Assembly (NCBI GenBank): GCA_050013775.1
Contig: JBEKEP010000001.1
Span: 2,878-66,877, forward strand
Source of the DNA: Terracidiphilus sp.
GTDB lineage: Bacteria > Acidobacteriota > Terriglobia > Terriglobales > Acidobacteriaceae
Length of the DNA: 64,000 bases
Direction of reading: 5' to 3'
Shown here: positions 45,881 to 56,148 of the stretch, piece after piece
Position numbering within the stretch: position 1 is the first letter of the stretch
Layout of the letters: each line of letters starts with the position of its first letter
Notes under the pieces: generated by a model
What the model was told of the DNA's origin: nothing
The model's input: only the letters and a program-made list of their open reading frames with translations
Database searches by the model: none
Made by a program: the position numbers and the translations under genes

Positions 45881-45905
45881 TAAGTCCAAGTAATGAGGGG
45901 ACTTA
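45881..45905 (+). promoter_or_regulatory. perfect inverted repeat TAAGTCC-N11-GGACTTA in the hrcA leader (operator candidate, not canonical CIRCE)
   Basis: Seen directly. It lies about 35 nt downstream of the candidate -10 and 84 nt upstream of the hrcA ATG. Confidence 0.3.
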
Positions 45906-45988
45906 ATTGACGGGAATTCCTGCCTGGAAGGCACCAAAGCGGGTTTGTTTTCTGGCTGCGATCGGGGCGGGAGAGAGAGGCTCGAAAG

Positions 45989-47089
45989 ATGTCCGATGTG
46001 CGCCTCAGTCCGCGCGAGCGGCTGGTTTTGACCGCCATCATCGAACAGTACATCGCGACCGGCGAGCCGGTAGCATCGCAGGCAGTTGCGCGCCTGTTTG
46101 CCGACCGGGAAGGCCTGAGCTCGGCTACGCTGCGCAACGTGATGGCCACCCTGGGCGATGCAGGACTCCTGGAGCAGCCGCACACCTCGGCTGGCCGCGT
46201 TCCTACTGCGGCGGCTTTCCGTTACTACGTGGGACAGATTACGCAACCCGGCCGCGCGACGGCAGGCGGAGGGATCTCCGCGGCGGGAAGTGCGGAATCT
46301 CCGCTAAGCGTGGCGCGTCGCGGCCAGATTGAGGAAAGTTTTTCCGGGGTGTCGAGCTCGCATGATTACCTGGAGCGCACCTCACACGTGTTGGCGCAGC
46401 TTTCGCGCGGACTGGGCGTGGCGCTGGCCAGCACTGCGACAGAACAGGTGCTGGAGCACATTCATTTTTCGCGGCTTTCTACGGGACGCGTGCTGGCCGT
46501 ACTGGTGACCCAGGCGGGCGCTGTGCAGGATCGCGTGCTTGCGCTCGATCACGAAGTGACGCCGCTCGAACTGGAAACCGCGAGCCGCTACTTGAACGAA
46601 AACTTCCACGGCTGGCCGATTGATCGCATTCGCGTAGAGGTGGAGCGCCGCGTTGAGCTGGAGCGTGAGGCCTATCGCCAGTTGCTGACCTCGGTGGAGG
46701 AATTGTGCCGCAAGGGCGCGTTGGCCGGAGATGAAAGCGGACCAGCGTTGTTTGTGGATGGCATTGCGAATTTGATCGGCGCGGAACAGGATCGCGAGCA
46801 GTTGCGCCAGATGCTATTGACCCTGGAGGCCAAGCAAAGGCTGGTGGAGCTGCTGAACGCTTACGTGGATGGCCGCCAGCAGGAGGTGCGCGTGGTGGTG
46901 GGCCTGGATGAAGCTTCACCCGCAATGCAGGATCTGGTGCTGATTGGCGCGCCGGCCCGGCTGGGCGGAACCAATGTGGGGACGGTTGCCGTGATCGCGC
47001 CCACGCGCATCCAATACCAGGAAATGATCGAGGCAGTCAGTTACATTGCGCGTCTTTCCGAGCGGCTCCTCGATGTGCCCAGCGCGTAG
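45989..47089 (+). CDS. hrcA: heat-inducible transcription repressor HrcA
   Basis: LSPRERLVLTAIIEQYIATGEPVASQAV winged-helix N-terminus, 366 aa. Confidence 0.9.
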   Translation: MSDVRLSPRERLVLTAIIEQYIATGEPVASQAVARLFADREGLSSATLRNVMATLGDAGLLEQPHTSAGRVPTAAAFRYYVGQITQPGRATAGGGISAAGSAESPLSVARRGQIEESFSGVSSSHDYLERTSHVLAQLSRGLGVALASTATEQVLEHIHFSRLSTGRVLAVLVTQAGAVQDRVLALDHEVTPLELETASRYLNENFHGWPIDRIRVEVERRVELEREAYRQLLTSVEELCRKGALAGDESGPALFVDGIANLIGAEQDREQLRQMLLTLEAKQRLVELLNAYVDGRQQEVRVVVGLDEASPAMQDLVLIGAPARLGGTNVGTVAVIAPTRIQYQEMIEAVSYIARLSERLLDVPSA

Positions 47090-47167
47090 GCGCAAATAGC
47101 ATGCAGCCGCGCCAAGGAATTTTCATCTAAGTAAGAGTATTGATTTGTTCGGAGAACGTGCTGAATC

Positions 47168-47785
47168 ATGGTGAATCAGGAGACAGATGAGTTGAAGGTG
47201 AGAGGATTCAAGGACGCCGCCAGCAGCGCAAAGGGAGCGAAGATCGATCCCGCGACGGAGTTGCCTCCGCCCGATGAGTTTGTGACCGGTGCAGAGACGG
47301 AAAAGCCGGCAGAGGCCGCCTGCCAAACCGAGATCGATCAACTGAAGGGAGAACGCGATCAACTGCTCGATCGGCTGGCGCGCCTTCAGGCGGAATTCGA
47401 GAATGCGCGCAAACGCGCCGAGCGCGAGAAGGCAGATTTCCGCGACCATGCGACCGGCAGCGTCGTGGAGCAATTCCTGCCGGTGCTCGATAACTTCGAG
47501 CTGGCGCTCAAGTCCACAGGCTCGGTGGAGCAATTGCGCTCGGGCGTGAGCCTGATCATGAAGCAGATGGAAGAGGTTCTGCAAAAAATGCAGGTGAACG
47601 CGATTCCCGCAGTGGGCGAGCCCTTCGATCCTCGGATGCACGAGGCGCTGGGCAGCGTGGAGCGTGATGACCTTCCCGACCAGCATGTGGCTGAGGAGAT
47701 TCGCCGCGGCTACAAGATCCGCGAACGGCTGCTGCGGCCTGCGCTGGTGCGTGTGGCACATAATGCGAAGCAACAGAGTGAATAA
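47168..47785 (+). CDS. grpE: nucleotide exchange factor GrpE
   Basis: RLQAEFENARKRAEREK, FLPVLDNFELAL, FDPRMHEA and GYKIRERLLRPALVRV. Confidence 0.9.
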   Translation: MVNQETDELKVRGFKDAASSAKGAKIDPATELPPPDEFVTGAETEKPAEAACQTEIDQLKGERDQLLDRLARLQAEFENARKRAEREKADFRDHATGSVVEQFLPVLDNFELALKSTGSVEQLRSGVSLIMKQMEEVLQKMQVNAIPAVGEPFDPRMHEALGSVERDDLPDQHVAEEIRRGYKIRERLLRPALVRVAHNAKQQSE

Positions 47786-47903
47786 GTGAAGCGAGTGAAG
47801 CAGGGGAAATTTGCTGGATTGCGATCTGAAGAAGGCTGCCCTATTGAACGATAAGGAACAGTGTGGCTGATTGCTGAAGGCTGAGAGCTAGATCAAGGGA
47901 GCA

Positions 47904-49046
47904 ATGGGTTCTAATACAAGAGTGAGCAAAGCAGATTATTACGAGTTGCTTGGCGTCTCGCGTGACGCCACCGATCAGGAATTGAAGAGCGCATACCGTA
48001 AACAGGCTCTCAAGTTTCATCCTGACCGCAACCCCGGAGACCACGCGGCCGAAGAGAAGTTCAAGCAGGCCAGCGAAGCCTACCAAGTGCTGAGCGACGC
48101 TGATAAGCGCGCGGCGTACGATCGCTACGGCCACGCCGGCCTGGGCTCGCAGGGATTTGGAGCCGGACCCTTTGCAGGCGGCGTGGACCTGGGAGACATC
48201 TTCGGCGATTTGTTTGGCGAGATGTTCTCGATGGGTGGCGCTCCGCGCGGGGGATCTCGGGGTCAGCGCCAGCAGCGCGGCGACGACCTGCGCTTCGACC
48301 TGACCATCGATTTTGAAGATGCGATTTTTGGCACGGAGACCGAGGTAAAGGTCCGCCGCCTGGAGACGTGCACAAAGTGCCATGGCCAGGGCAGCGCATC
48401 GGGCCGAGGCCCAAGCGTTTGCAGCCACTGCCAGGGCCATGGGCAACTCCGCTATCAGCAGGGATTCTTCTCGGTTGCGCGCACCTGCGCGGCCTGCGGC
48501 GGCACGGGCTCGGTGATTGGCGATCCGTGCGCGTCCTGCCGCGGGGAGGGCCGCGCGGCCACGGAGATCAAGCTGAACGTGAAGGTTCCGCCGGGTGTCG
48601 AAGAGGGAACGCGCATCCGCTACGCGGGCGAGGGCGATTCCGGTCGCCGCGGCGGGCCCAAGGGCGATCTTTACATCGTTCTTGCCATCCGTCCGCATGA
48701 TTTCTTCGAGCGCCACGGTCACGATCTTTATTGCGTCCTTCCCATCAGCTTTCCCCAGGCGGCGCTGGGCGCAGAGTTTGAGATTCCCGGCATCGACGCT
48801 CCGGTGAATATCAAGATTCCCGAAGGCACGCAAAGCGGCAAAGAGCTGCGTGTGAGGGGACGCGGCGTTCCCTTCCTGAACGAGAAGGGCAATGGAGACC
48901 TGATTGCGAAAGTGGTCGTTCAAATTCCGCGCAAGCTGAACCGCGCGCAGCGTGAGCTGGTGACCAAGCTTTCCGAGACCATGAGCGTGGACAACAGTCC
49001 CACCTCGCCGGGGCTGATCGAGAAGATGAAGGACTTGTTCAGTTAG
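47904..49046 (+). CDS. dnaJ: molecular chaperone DnaJ
   Basis: J domain [33 protein letters not shown], a G/F region, and four CxxCxGxG zinc motifs. Confidence 0.95.
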   Translation: MGSNTRVSKADYYELLGVSRDATDQELKSAYRKQALKFHPDRNPGDHAAEEKFKQASEAYQVLSDADKRAAYDRYGHAGLGSQGFGAGPFAGGVDLGDIFGDLFGEMFSMGGAPRGGSRGQRQQRGDDLRFDLTIDFEDAIFGTETEVKVRRLETCTKCHGQGSASGRGPSVCSHCQGHGQLRYQQGFFSVARTCAACGGTGSVIGDPCASCRGEGRAATEIKLNVKVPPGVEEGTRIRYAGEGDSGRRGGPKGDLYIVLAIRPHDFFERHGHDLYCVLPISFPQAALGAEFEIPGIDAPVNIKIPEGTQSGKELRVRGRGVPFLNEKGNGDLIAKVVVQIPRKLNRAQRELVTKLSETMSVDNSPTSPGLIEKMKDLFS

Positions 49047-49048
49047 GT

Positions 49049-50500
49049 TCAGATCGCCAGCAGCGCGATAGTGGCGATGGCGATTCCAATCGCAAGGCTC
49101 ATGCGGTCTGTCAATGCGAAGACGAGAGGATCCTCGTCCAACTCGCCGCGCGAAGCCAGCAACCAGATGCGGCAAAGCCATAGAATCATCAGCGGCACAA
49201 TCAGCCACAGAAATTGCGGGCGGCGATAGAGCACGACAATGTCGCTACTGCTGATGTAGAGCGCGAAGACCATGACGGCCGCAAAGGCGCTGGCTGTACC
49301 GAAACTCCGCAACTGATCGGTATCGGCCACCAGATAGCCGCGCCCGTTGTGCGGCGGCGACCCGCTGCTGCGCAAGTTTTGCAGCTCAGCAAACCGCTTG
49401 ACGATGGCCAAAGAGAAAAACAGAAAAACGGAAAAACCGGCCAGCCAATGCGAGATGTGTGTTTCGGTGGCGGCGCTGCCGGCGAACAGGCGCAAGGTGT
49501 AAAGGCCGGAGAGCACCAGCACATCCACCAGCGCGATCCGCTTCAGAACCCAGGAATAGGCTAGCGTCGATCCCAAATAAAGCAGCAGCCATCCGGAGAA
49601 GGCCATAGGCAGCAGGCGCGCGCCCAGGAACGCCAACAACAAAAAACCGGCGACCATGCAGAAACCGGCAACGGCCGGGAGATCGCCCGCGGCAAAGGGG
49701 CGCTGGAGCTTTTTCGGATGTCGGCGGTCGACCTCGATGTCGAACAGGTCGTTGATGATGTAGGCCGAAGAAGCCGTGAGGCTGAAACAGAAAAATGCCA
49801 GCAGAGCATTCGGGAGGCGCCTGGCGACGGCTGTGTGCGCCAACAGCAGGGGCAGAAAGATAAGTAGATTCTTTGCCCACTGATGGACGCGCATGGCGCG
49901 GAGCGCAGTCCAAATGGAGCCGGCGCCTTCATCGAAGGTGCGCGAAGGACGCATGCGGCGGAGATACATCCTGAACCGCAGGCGAAGGCTGGGATTGGCC
50001 ACCATGATTTCAGCCGCGTGAGCCAGCATCGGCAGGTCGGGAGTGTCGTTGCCGATATAGTCGTACTCGTCGCCGAATTGGCTGCGCACGCGATCGAGCT
50101 TTCGATTTCCCGTCAGGTTGATTTCGCCGTCGCTGCCCAAAACGCCGGTAAAGACGCCGAGATGCGTGGCAACCCGTTGCGCCAGCCGGACATCCGCTCC
50201 TGTGACCAGGTAAAGAGCGCGGCCGCGTGCGCGTTCCTCATGAAGATATTGCAGCAGGGTGCGGTTGTAGGGCAGATGTGCTACGTCAAGCGAGACGTGA
50301 GAGGTGACGAAGGCCTTGAAGGCTGCCTTGCCGCGGAGCAGGCGTCCGGGCAGAGCGAACAACGATGACGGATGGGTGCGCGCCAGCACCAGCAGCGAGT
50401 CCACGAGAGTGTCAGATTTGACCAGGGTTCCGTCGAGGTCGACACATAGGGGACGGAGCGCTGTTGCGGGAGCTTCCGGCAGAGAGACAACCTGGGACAA
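49049..50500 (-). CDS. HAD-like phosphatase domain fused to UbiA-family prenyltransferase (decaprenyl-phosphate phosphoribosyltransferase-like)
   Basis: N-terminal CVDLDGTLVKSDT (HAD motif I) and GNDTPD, then 8-9 TM segments with NDLFDIEVDRRHPKK (UbiA NDxxDxxxD). Confidence 0.75.
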   Translation of the reverse strand: MSQVVSLPEAPATALRPLCVDLDGTLVKSDTLVDSLLVLARTHPSSLFALPGRLLRGKAAFKAFVTSHVSLDVAHLPYNRTLLQYLHEERARGRALYLVTGADVRLAQRVATHLGVFTGVLGSDGEINLTGNRKLDRVRSQFGDEYDYIGNDTPDLPMLAHAAEIMVANPSLRLRFRMYLRRMRPSRTFDEGAGSIWTALRAMRVHQWAKNLLIFLPLLLAHTAVARRLPNALLAFFCFSLTASSAYIINDLFDIEVDRRHPKKLQRPFAAGDLPAVAGFCMVAGFLLLAFLGARLLPMAFSGWLLLYLGSTLAYSWVLKRIALVDVLVLSGLYTLRLFAGSAATETHISHWLAGFSVFLFFSLAIVKRFAELQNLRSSGSPPHNGRGYLVADTDQLRSFGTASAFAAVMVFALYISSSDIVVLYRRPQFLWLIVPLMILWLCRIWLLASRGELDEDPLVFALTDRMSLAIGIAIATIALLAI

Positions 50501-50586
50501 ACGTTCACCTCAGGGAAGAAGTGCAACTCGAAGTTGTATCGATGATAAGACGAGAAGTTGGGTGGGAGAATGGAATGGAGGGATTT

Positions 50587-50662
50587 TGGTGGAGCTGAGC
50601 GGGATCGAACCGCTGGCCTCCTCGTTGCGAACGAGGCGCTCTCCCAGCTGAGCTACAGCCCC
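50587..50662 (-). tRNA. tRNA-Ala (anticodon CGC)
   Basis: The reverse complement GGGGCTGTAGCTCAGCTGGGAGAGCGCCTCGTTCGCAACGAGGAGGCCAGCGGTTCGATCCCGCTCAGCTCCACCA has the G3:U70 Ala identity pair, loop TTCGCAA and an encoded CCA. Confidence 0.9.
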
Positions 50663-50800
50663 ACAGGTGCTTCATTTATCTTAGCAGCGAGGCAGAAAAT
50701 GGGAAAGGGCGGGCAGCCGGTGGCGGCATTCCGGCGCATGCCAGAGCACGAGATTGGGACATTGAAGACAAATCATTTGCAAGCGTTGAAGGGGTAGGGT

Positions 50801-51730
50801 ATGACCAATCCAGCAATGACCGACCAGCCAGAATGCTGGCCCGCGCTGCCGCTCGATTCCTGGCGGGAGACCTGCGCCACGCTGCACATGTGGACCCAGA
50901 TTGTGGGCAAGGTGCGGCTACGGCTGACGCCGCTCGTCAATCAATGGTGGAATGTTCCTCTTTATGTGAGCCCGCGCGGGCTCACGACGTCGAACATTCC
51001 TTACGGCACGCGGTCGATCGAGATACGATTCGACTTTCTTGCGGACAAACTGGTGCTGGAGTGCAGCGACGGATTGGTGAAGGAACTGCCGCTGCGGCCC
51101 ATGGCGGTCGCGGATTTCTACCGGGAATTCATGGAGATGCTGCGATCGGCAGGGGTCGAGGTGAGCATTTGGCGCATGCCGGTGGAGATCCCCGATCCCA
51201 TTCCCTTCGACGAGGATCGTGTCCACGCGACGTACGACGCCGAACGGGCGAAGACTTTCTGGTCCATCCTGCGCTCCGTGGATGCGGTTTTTTATCAGTT
51301 TCGTTCGCGATTCATCGGCAAAGTCAGCCCGGTGCACTTTTTCTGGGGAAGTTTTGACTTGGCGGTGACGCGTTTTTCCGGGCGGAAGGCGCCGGAGCGG
51401 CCGAGCGCCGACTTCATCACGCGCGAAGCCTACTCGCACGAGGTGAGCAGCGTGGGATGGTGGCCGGGCAGCGGCACGATGAGCGGTCCGGCGTTCTATT
51501 CCTATGCTTCTCCGGAGCCGCAGGGATTCAAGGAAGCACGCGCGCGTCCGGATGCAGCCAACTACGACAAGGGACTTGGCGAGTTTCTGCTCGCGTATGA
51601 CGATGTGCGTGGAGCGCAGTCGCCGAGTGGCGATCTACTGGCATTTTGCGAGAGCACCTACGATGCCGCGGCAAATCTGGGCCATTGGGATCGGCAGTCG
51701 CTGGAACGGGATGAGGGCGCCGAGAGCTGA
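50801..51730 (+). CDS. DUF5996 family protein
   Basis: WPALPLDSWRETCATLHMWTQIVGKVRLRLTPLVNQWWNVPLYVSPRGLTTS matches my memory of the Ava_C0101/DUF5996 family. Confidence 0.65.
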   Translation: MTNPAMTDQPECWPALPLDSWRETCATLHMWTQIVGKVRLRLTPLVNQWWNVPLYVSPRGLTTSNIPYGTRSIEIRFDFLADKLVLECSDGLVKELPLRPMAVADFYREFMEMLRSAGVEVSIWRMPVEIPDPIPFDEDRVHATYDAERAKTFWSILRSVDAVFYQFRSRFIGKVSPVHFFWGSFDLAVTRFSGRKAPERPSADFITREAYSHEVSSVGWWPGSGTMSGPAFYSYASPEPQGFKEARARPDAANYDKGLGEFLLAYDDVRGAQSPSGDLLAFCESTYDAAANLGHWDRQSLERDEGAES

Positions 51731-51739
51731 AACGAACTC

Positions 51740-52237
51740 CTACGATTGTGCGTCCGTGTCGGGATGCAAGAACGCCAGAAACACGATGCCGATTACAGTG
51801 AAGCTTCTGAAAGCTTCCTCCTGCCCATTCCAGGTGCTTGACTGCCACATGAGAAACCACTCACCGCCGACGGTCAGAAACGCCACGAGCCACATCAGCA
51901 ACGAGAGCGTGAGCGCAAGCACGGGCAGGAATTTGGCCGCGTTGAAGGCCGCAGCAGGCAGGCGCAAAGCGCGCAGCAGGCGGGCAATGCCCCACCAAAG
52001 CAGGACGCCCGTGATGATTTCCCAAGCAATGATGCCGATGTAAAAGACGCGATCGACGACTGGCGAAGAGATCGAACGCCACATGCCACCATTGCCCGGG
52101 AAGGTTGAATCCATCAGCAAAACATGACGAACAAACTGCGCGTTCGTGCCGAAATCGGTAAGGTTATTGAACACGACAAGGCTGTAAAACAAAGCAACGC
52201 CAGCCAGCAGCAGCAGCTTCGCAGTGCGAATCATCAT
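51740..52237 (-). CDS. DUF2165 family small integral membrane protein
   Basis: MMIRTAKLLLLAGVALFYSLVVFNNLTDFGTNAQFVRHVLLMDSTFP, with four TM segments. Confidence 0.65.
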   Translation of the reverse strand: MMIRTAKLLLLAGVALFYSLVVFNNLTDFGTNAQFVRHVLLMDSTFPGNGGMWRSISSPVVDRVFYIGIIAWEIITGVLLWWGIARLLRALRLPAAAFNAAKFLPVLALTLSLLMWLVAFLTVGGEWFLMWQSSTWNGQEEAFRSFTVIGIVFLAFLHPDTDAQS

Positions 52238-52278
52238 TTTGTGTGCGGCCTCAATCGCCCTCGAAGTGTGAACAGACC

Positions 52279-52770
52279 CTAGATCGGAGCTTCCCAGTCG
52301 TCCGTCGCGGTCTTGCCGCCATCGGACCATGTGACTTGGATGGCCTGGTAATCAAGCGTAATCTGCTCGTTGCGGCCCGCCTTGCGAATGCTCAAGATGG
52401 TGGCGTTTGTGAGCACGATCTTCTGTGCAGTCTTCGCGCCGCCCGTGGCGCCCTCAAGAGTAATCACCACTTCGCTCAACGACTCGTTTGTACTCAACGC
52501 CGTGGCGAACTTGGGCGACGCAGCATCGACCTCTCTGACGATGGTGATGGTAGAGTGCATCCGTCTGCCGGTGGACATCCCGGTCGGGGTATCGCGGACG
52601 ACGCTGATGAGCTTGATGCTATCGGACATCGCATCGCCCTTGATGGGTCCTTGCTTGGCGCCTTTCACCGTCATGTACGCATTGACCGCGGCCATGGCCG
52701 GCACTGCGGACAGCAGCGCAGAGAGCGCGCCGCAAAGCACAAACAACCTTCCTGCATGAACGAATCGCAT
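52279..52770 (-). CDS. Hcp (T6SS tube protein)-like protein with predicted N-terminal Sec signal peptide
   Basis: An AAGGAGG RBS sits 7 nt before ATG 52768-52770. The N-terminus is MRFVHAGRLFVLCGALSALLSAVPAMA, then VNAYMTVKGAKQGPIKGD..., TGRRMHSTITIVREVDAASPKF and ITLDYQAIQVTWSDGGKTATDDWEAPI. Confidence 0.7.
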   Translation of the reverse strand: MRFVHAGRLFVLCGALSALLSAVPAMAAVNAYMTVKGAKQGPIKGDAMSDSIKLISVVRDTPTGMSTGRRMHSTITIVREVDAASPKFATALSTNESLSEVVITLEGATGGAKTAQKIVLTNATILSIRKAGRNEQITLDYQAIQVTWSDGGKTATDDWEAPI

Positions 52771-53001
52771 CGCAAACCTCCTTGAGCTTTCAATCGGTGG
52801 GAAGCCGTGAAGCCGGGTGCGGTATTTCGCAGTGCTTTCCCGGCGGCGACAGTATATCGCCCGTTGCCGCTGCTGCAATCTTTTTCTGCATTCGTTTGAA
52901 AGCCAAAGTACCGGGCGCACCTGGCAGAGCCGGGACAGGGGATCGGCGTTGGAACGCAGGTCCGAAAGTGAGAGTCGAGGCCGTTCAGCCAGGACCCGCG
53001 G

Positions 53002-53352
53002 CTACGCCTTGAGGGCCGCCAGGCTATCGGCGGCCGTGGCATCGATGGGTAATAGCGTGTTGGTCCTGGTCAGTTCCAGCAAGGACACGATCCGCGGAGC
53101 CACGCCACAAAGGCGCAATGCGCCGCCTTTGGCTGCGAGCGAGCCGTAGGCATACACCAGCATGCCGAGTCCCGCGCTGTCGATGAAACCAACGTCGGTC
53201 AGATCGAAAACGACTTTATGGACGCCGTCGTTGATGATTGACCGCACTTGCGATTCCACCATGCTGAGAGAGGAGCCGAGCGTGATTTGCCCCGTAAAGA
53301 CAACCACGGCACAGCCGTCAGGATGCTTGTCGATCGATGCACTCACAGGCAT
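53002..53352 (-). CDS. STAS-domain anti-sigma-factor antagonist
   Basis: 116 aa with VVFDLTDVGFIDSAGLGMLV (the conserved phosphorylatable Ser context). Confidence 0.8.
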   Translation of the reverse strand: MPVSASIDKHPDGCAVVVFTGQITLGSSLSMVESQVRSIINDGVHKVVFDLTDVGFIDSAGLGMLVYAYGSLAAKGGALRLCGVAPRIVSLLELTRTNTLLPIDATAADSLAALKA

Positions 53353-53365
53353 GGCGAGATTTTAC

Positions 53366-53412
53366 ATGGAAAAGCCGTCAGGGCAGAGGAACATTTTCTG
53401 CCCTGACGGCTT
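53366..53412 (-). terminator. rho-independent terminator after rho
   Basis: Perfect 15-bp stem AAGCCGTCAGGGCAG / CTGCCCTGACGGCTT with an 11-nt loop. On the minus strand it is followed by TTTTCC. Confidence 0.8.
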
Positions 53413-53435
53413 TCGTTGCATTCTTCAGAAGCTGC

Positions 53436-54692
<1,257 letters not shown>

Positions 54693-54923
54693 CTGCGTGA
54701 AGGCGGGATGTGTTGGGTGGGATACGGAGGGAGAAGTGCTCCGGAGGAGAAGATGCGAAAGGCATCGAGACGTTCAACCGGCGCGAAACCAGCCTGGAAA
54801 CCAGACCCCGAGTCTACCAAACGAAACTGGTGTGACAGAGCGCCTGGAAAGAGCTGCAAATTCTAGAGGGAAACTACCCTTGATTCTTTGCCTGATTTAA
54901 CCTTGCAAGCGACACGCTGGCCG

Positions 54924-55145
54924 TTAGGCCGCGCGACGCCTTTCCACTGGCTGAGCCGCTGGCGCCTGTTCGGGCTTAGGGGCCTGCGGACTGGCCGTCT
55001 CAAAGCGGCACAATACTTCGTTTGTGGTGTCCTGCAGCCGTGTATTCGGCTTGTGGAGTTTCCGAGTTGCCTTGCTTGCCAGTTGACAGAGCTGGTAGCG
55101 ATTGTTCACATGCGAGAGTGCCTTGAAAACAAGATCAGAACGCAT
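54924..55145 (-). CDS. putative DNA-directed RNA polymerase omega subunit-like protein
   Basis: 73 aa from MRSDLVFKALSHVNNRYQLCQLASKATRKL, following the omega pattern NRY.L...A.KR.R.L. An AAGGAG RBS lies 9 nt upstream. The assignment is tentative. Confidence 0.45.
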   Translation of the reverse strand: MRSDLVFKALSHVNNRYQLCQLASKATRKLHKPNTRLQDTTNEVLCRFETASPQAPKPEQAPAAQPVERRRAA

Positions 55146-55779
55146 ATTGCTTATCTCCTTATTCTTCAATTCCCTGCACAGGACGAGTCCCAGATTGACC
55201 GCCGGTGCAGTAGAGGGGAGCCATTACAAACTAGGGCTGCCCCAAATTGCCGCTCCATACCTTAGACGCACTCTTCACGCCGCCGAATTCAAAAATCTTG
55301 GTGACGATTGCACGCTATGAGATGGAAGCCATACCCTATCGGATTGCAGTTTGCGCCTCGAACCCCGGGTGCCTTGCACGGCTTTTCCGGAAGCTCCAAA
55401 TGCGCACCCTAGGCATCAACGGAGCACCTGCTCTTAGTTTGATGCTGGAAATGTGCTGATAGGCACACGCGGGCTGCAAATGCGCAACCTGCCCTCTACG
55501 GATGGCTACAGTGAGAGTATAACCAACCTCCGTTGGGGTCAATAGTTATTTCGCGCCTTTCGGAGAGCGGTTACGGAGCATTGGGTGACCGGTTCCCATA
55601 GGATAAGCTTGTGCCGCTCTTCATCGCGCCAACTTATCTATTATCAGTCACCTAAAGATTATGCCATGCCAGCATTCCCACCCCGGCGCGAGCCGCGTTC
55701 CCGGGCGCAAAAGTGCCGGCAAAGGCTAGTGTCAAAAAAGTGAACCTAAGCGGTTACCTGTTCCCGAGGGCGCCGCGCC

Positions 55780-56001
55780 CTATTTGGACTTGTGCGCGCC
55801 GCCCCAGGGGCGTCCGTCGGGATCGGAGAGAAGCAAGCGCCCATTCCGATCGCGACCGCTGGCAGGGCGTTTGACGGCCTTGTGGCGTTTGGGGGAGGCG
55901 ATCAGTTCATCCAGCCGGAAGAGACCCACCACGAGGATTCCCACGGAGGGAACAGCCACCAGGAGGGTTTGCCAGCCGGATTGCAGAACGGTGTCTTGCA
56001 C
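55780..56001 (-). CDS. small hypothetical membrane protein
   Basis: 73 aa with one TM (TLLVAVPSVGILVVGLF) and a basic tail. Coding status is uncertain. Confidence 0.3.
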   Translation of the reverse strand: MQDTVLQSGWQTLLVAVPSVGILVVGLFRLDELIASPKRHKAVKRPASGRDRNGRLLLSDPDGRPWGGAHKSK

Positions 56002-56148
56002 GACGAACTCCAGGATGCAGAGGATTTCTTAGACTCTAATGAGATATCGCCAATAAATAGAAAATATTCATATACCAAGGTAACCGCCCTCTCAGTAACG
56101 AGCGCAATAACACGGACGGTGTATGAATCGAGTCTGCGAAATGCGGCT

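Noticed and set aside
45781-45988. Canonical CIRCE operator upstream of hrcA
   Set aside because: No TTAGCACTC-N9-GAGTGCTAA with acceptable mismatches was found by eye. The closest strings (ttaggcagcac, gcgtcactaa, ttagtacct) are not arranged as a 9-nt-spaced inverted repeat.
47841-49208. 455-aa minus-strand ORF
   Set aside because: It is antisense to dnaJ, which is unambiguous (J domain, four CxxCxGxG motifs).
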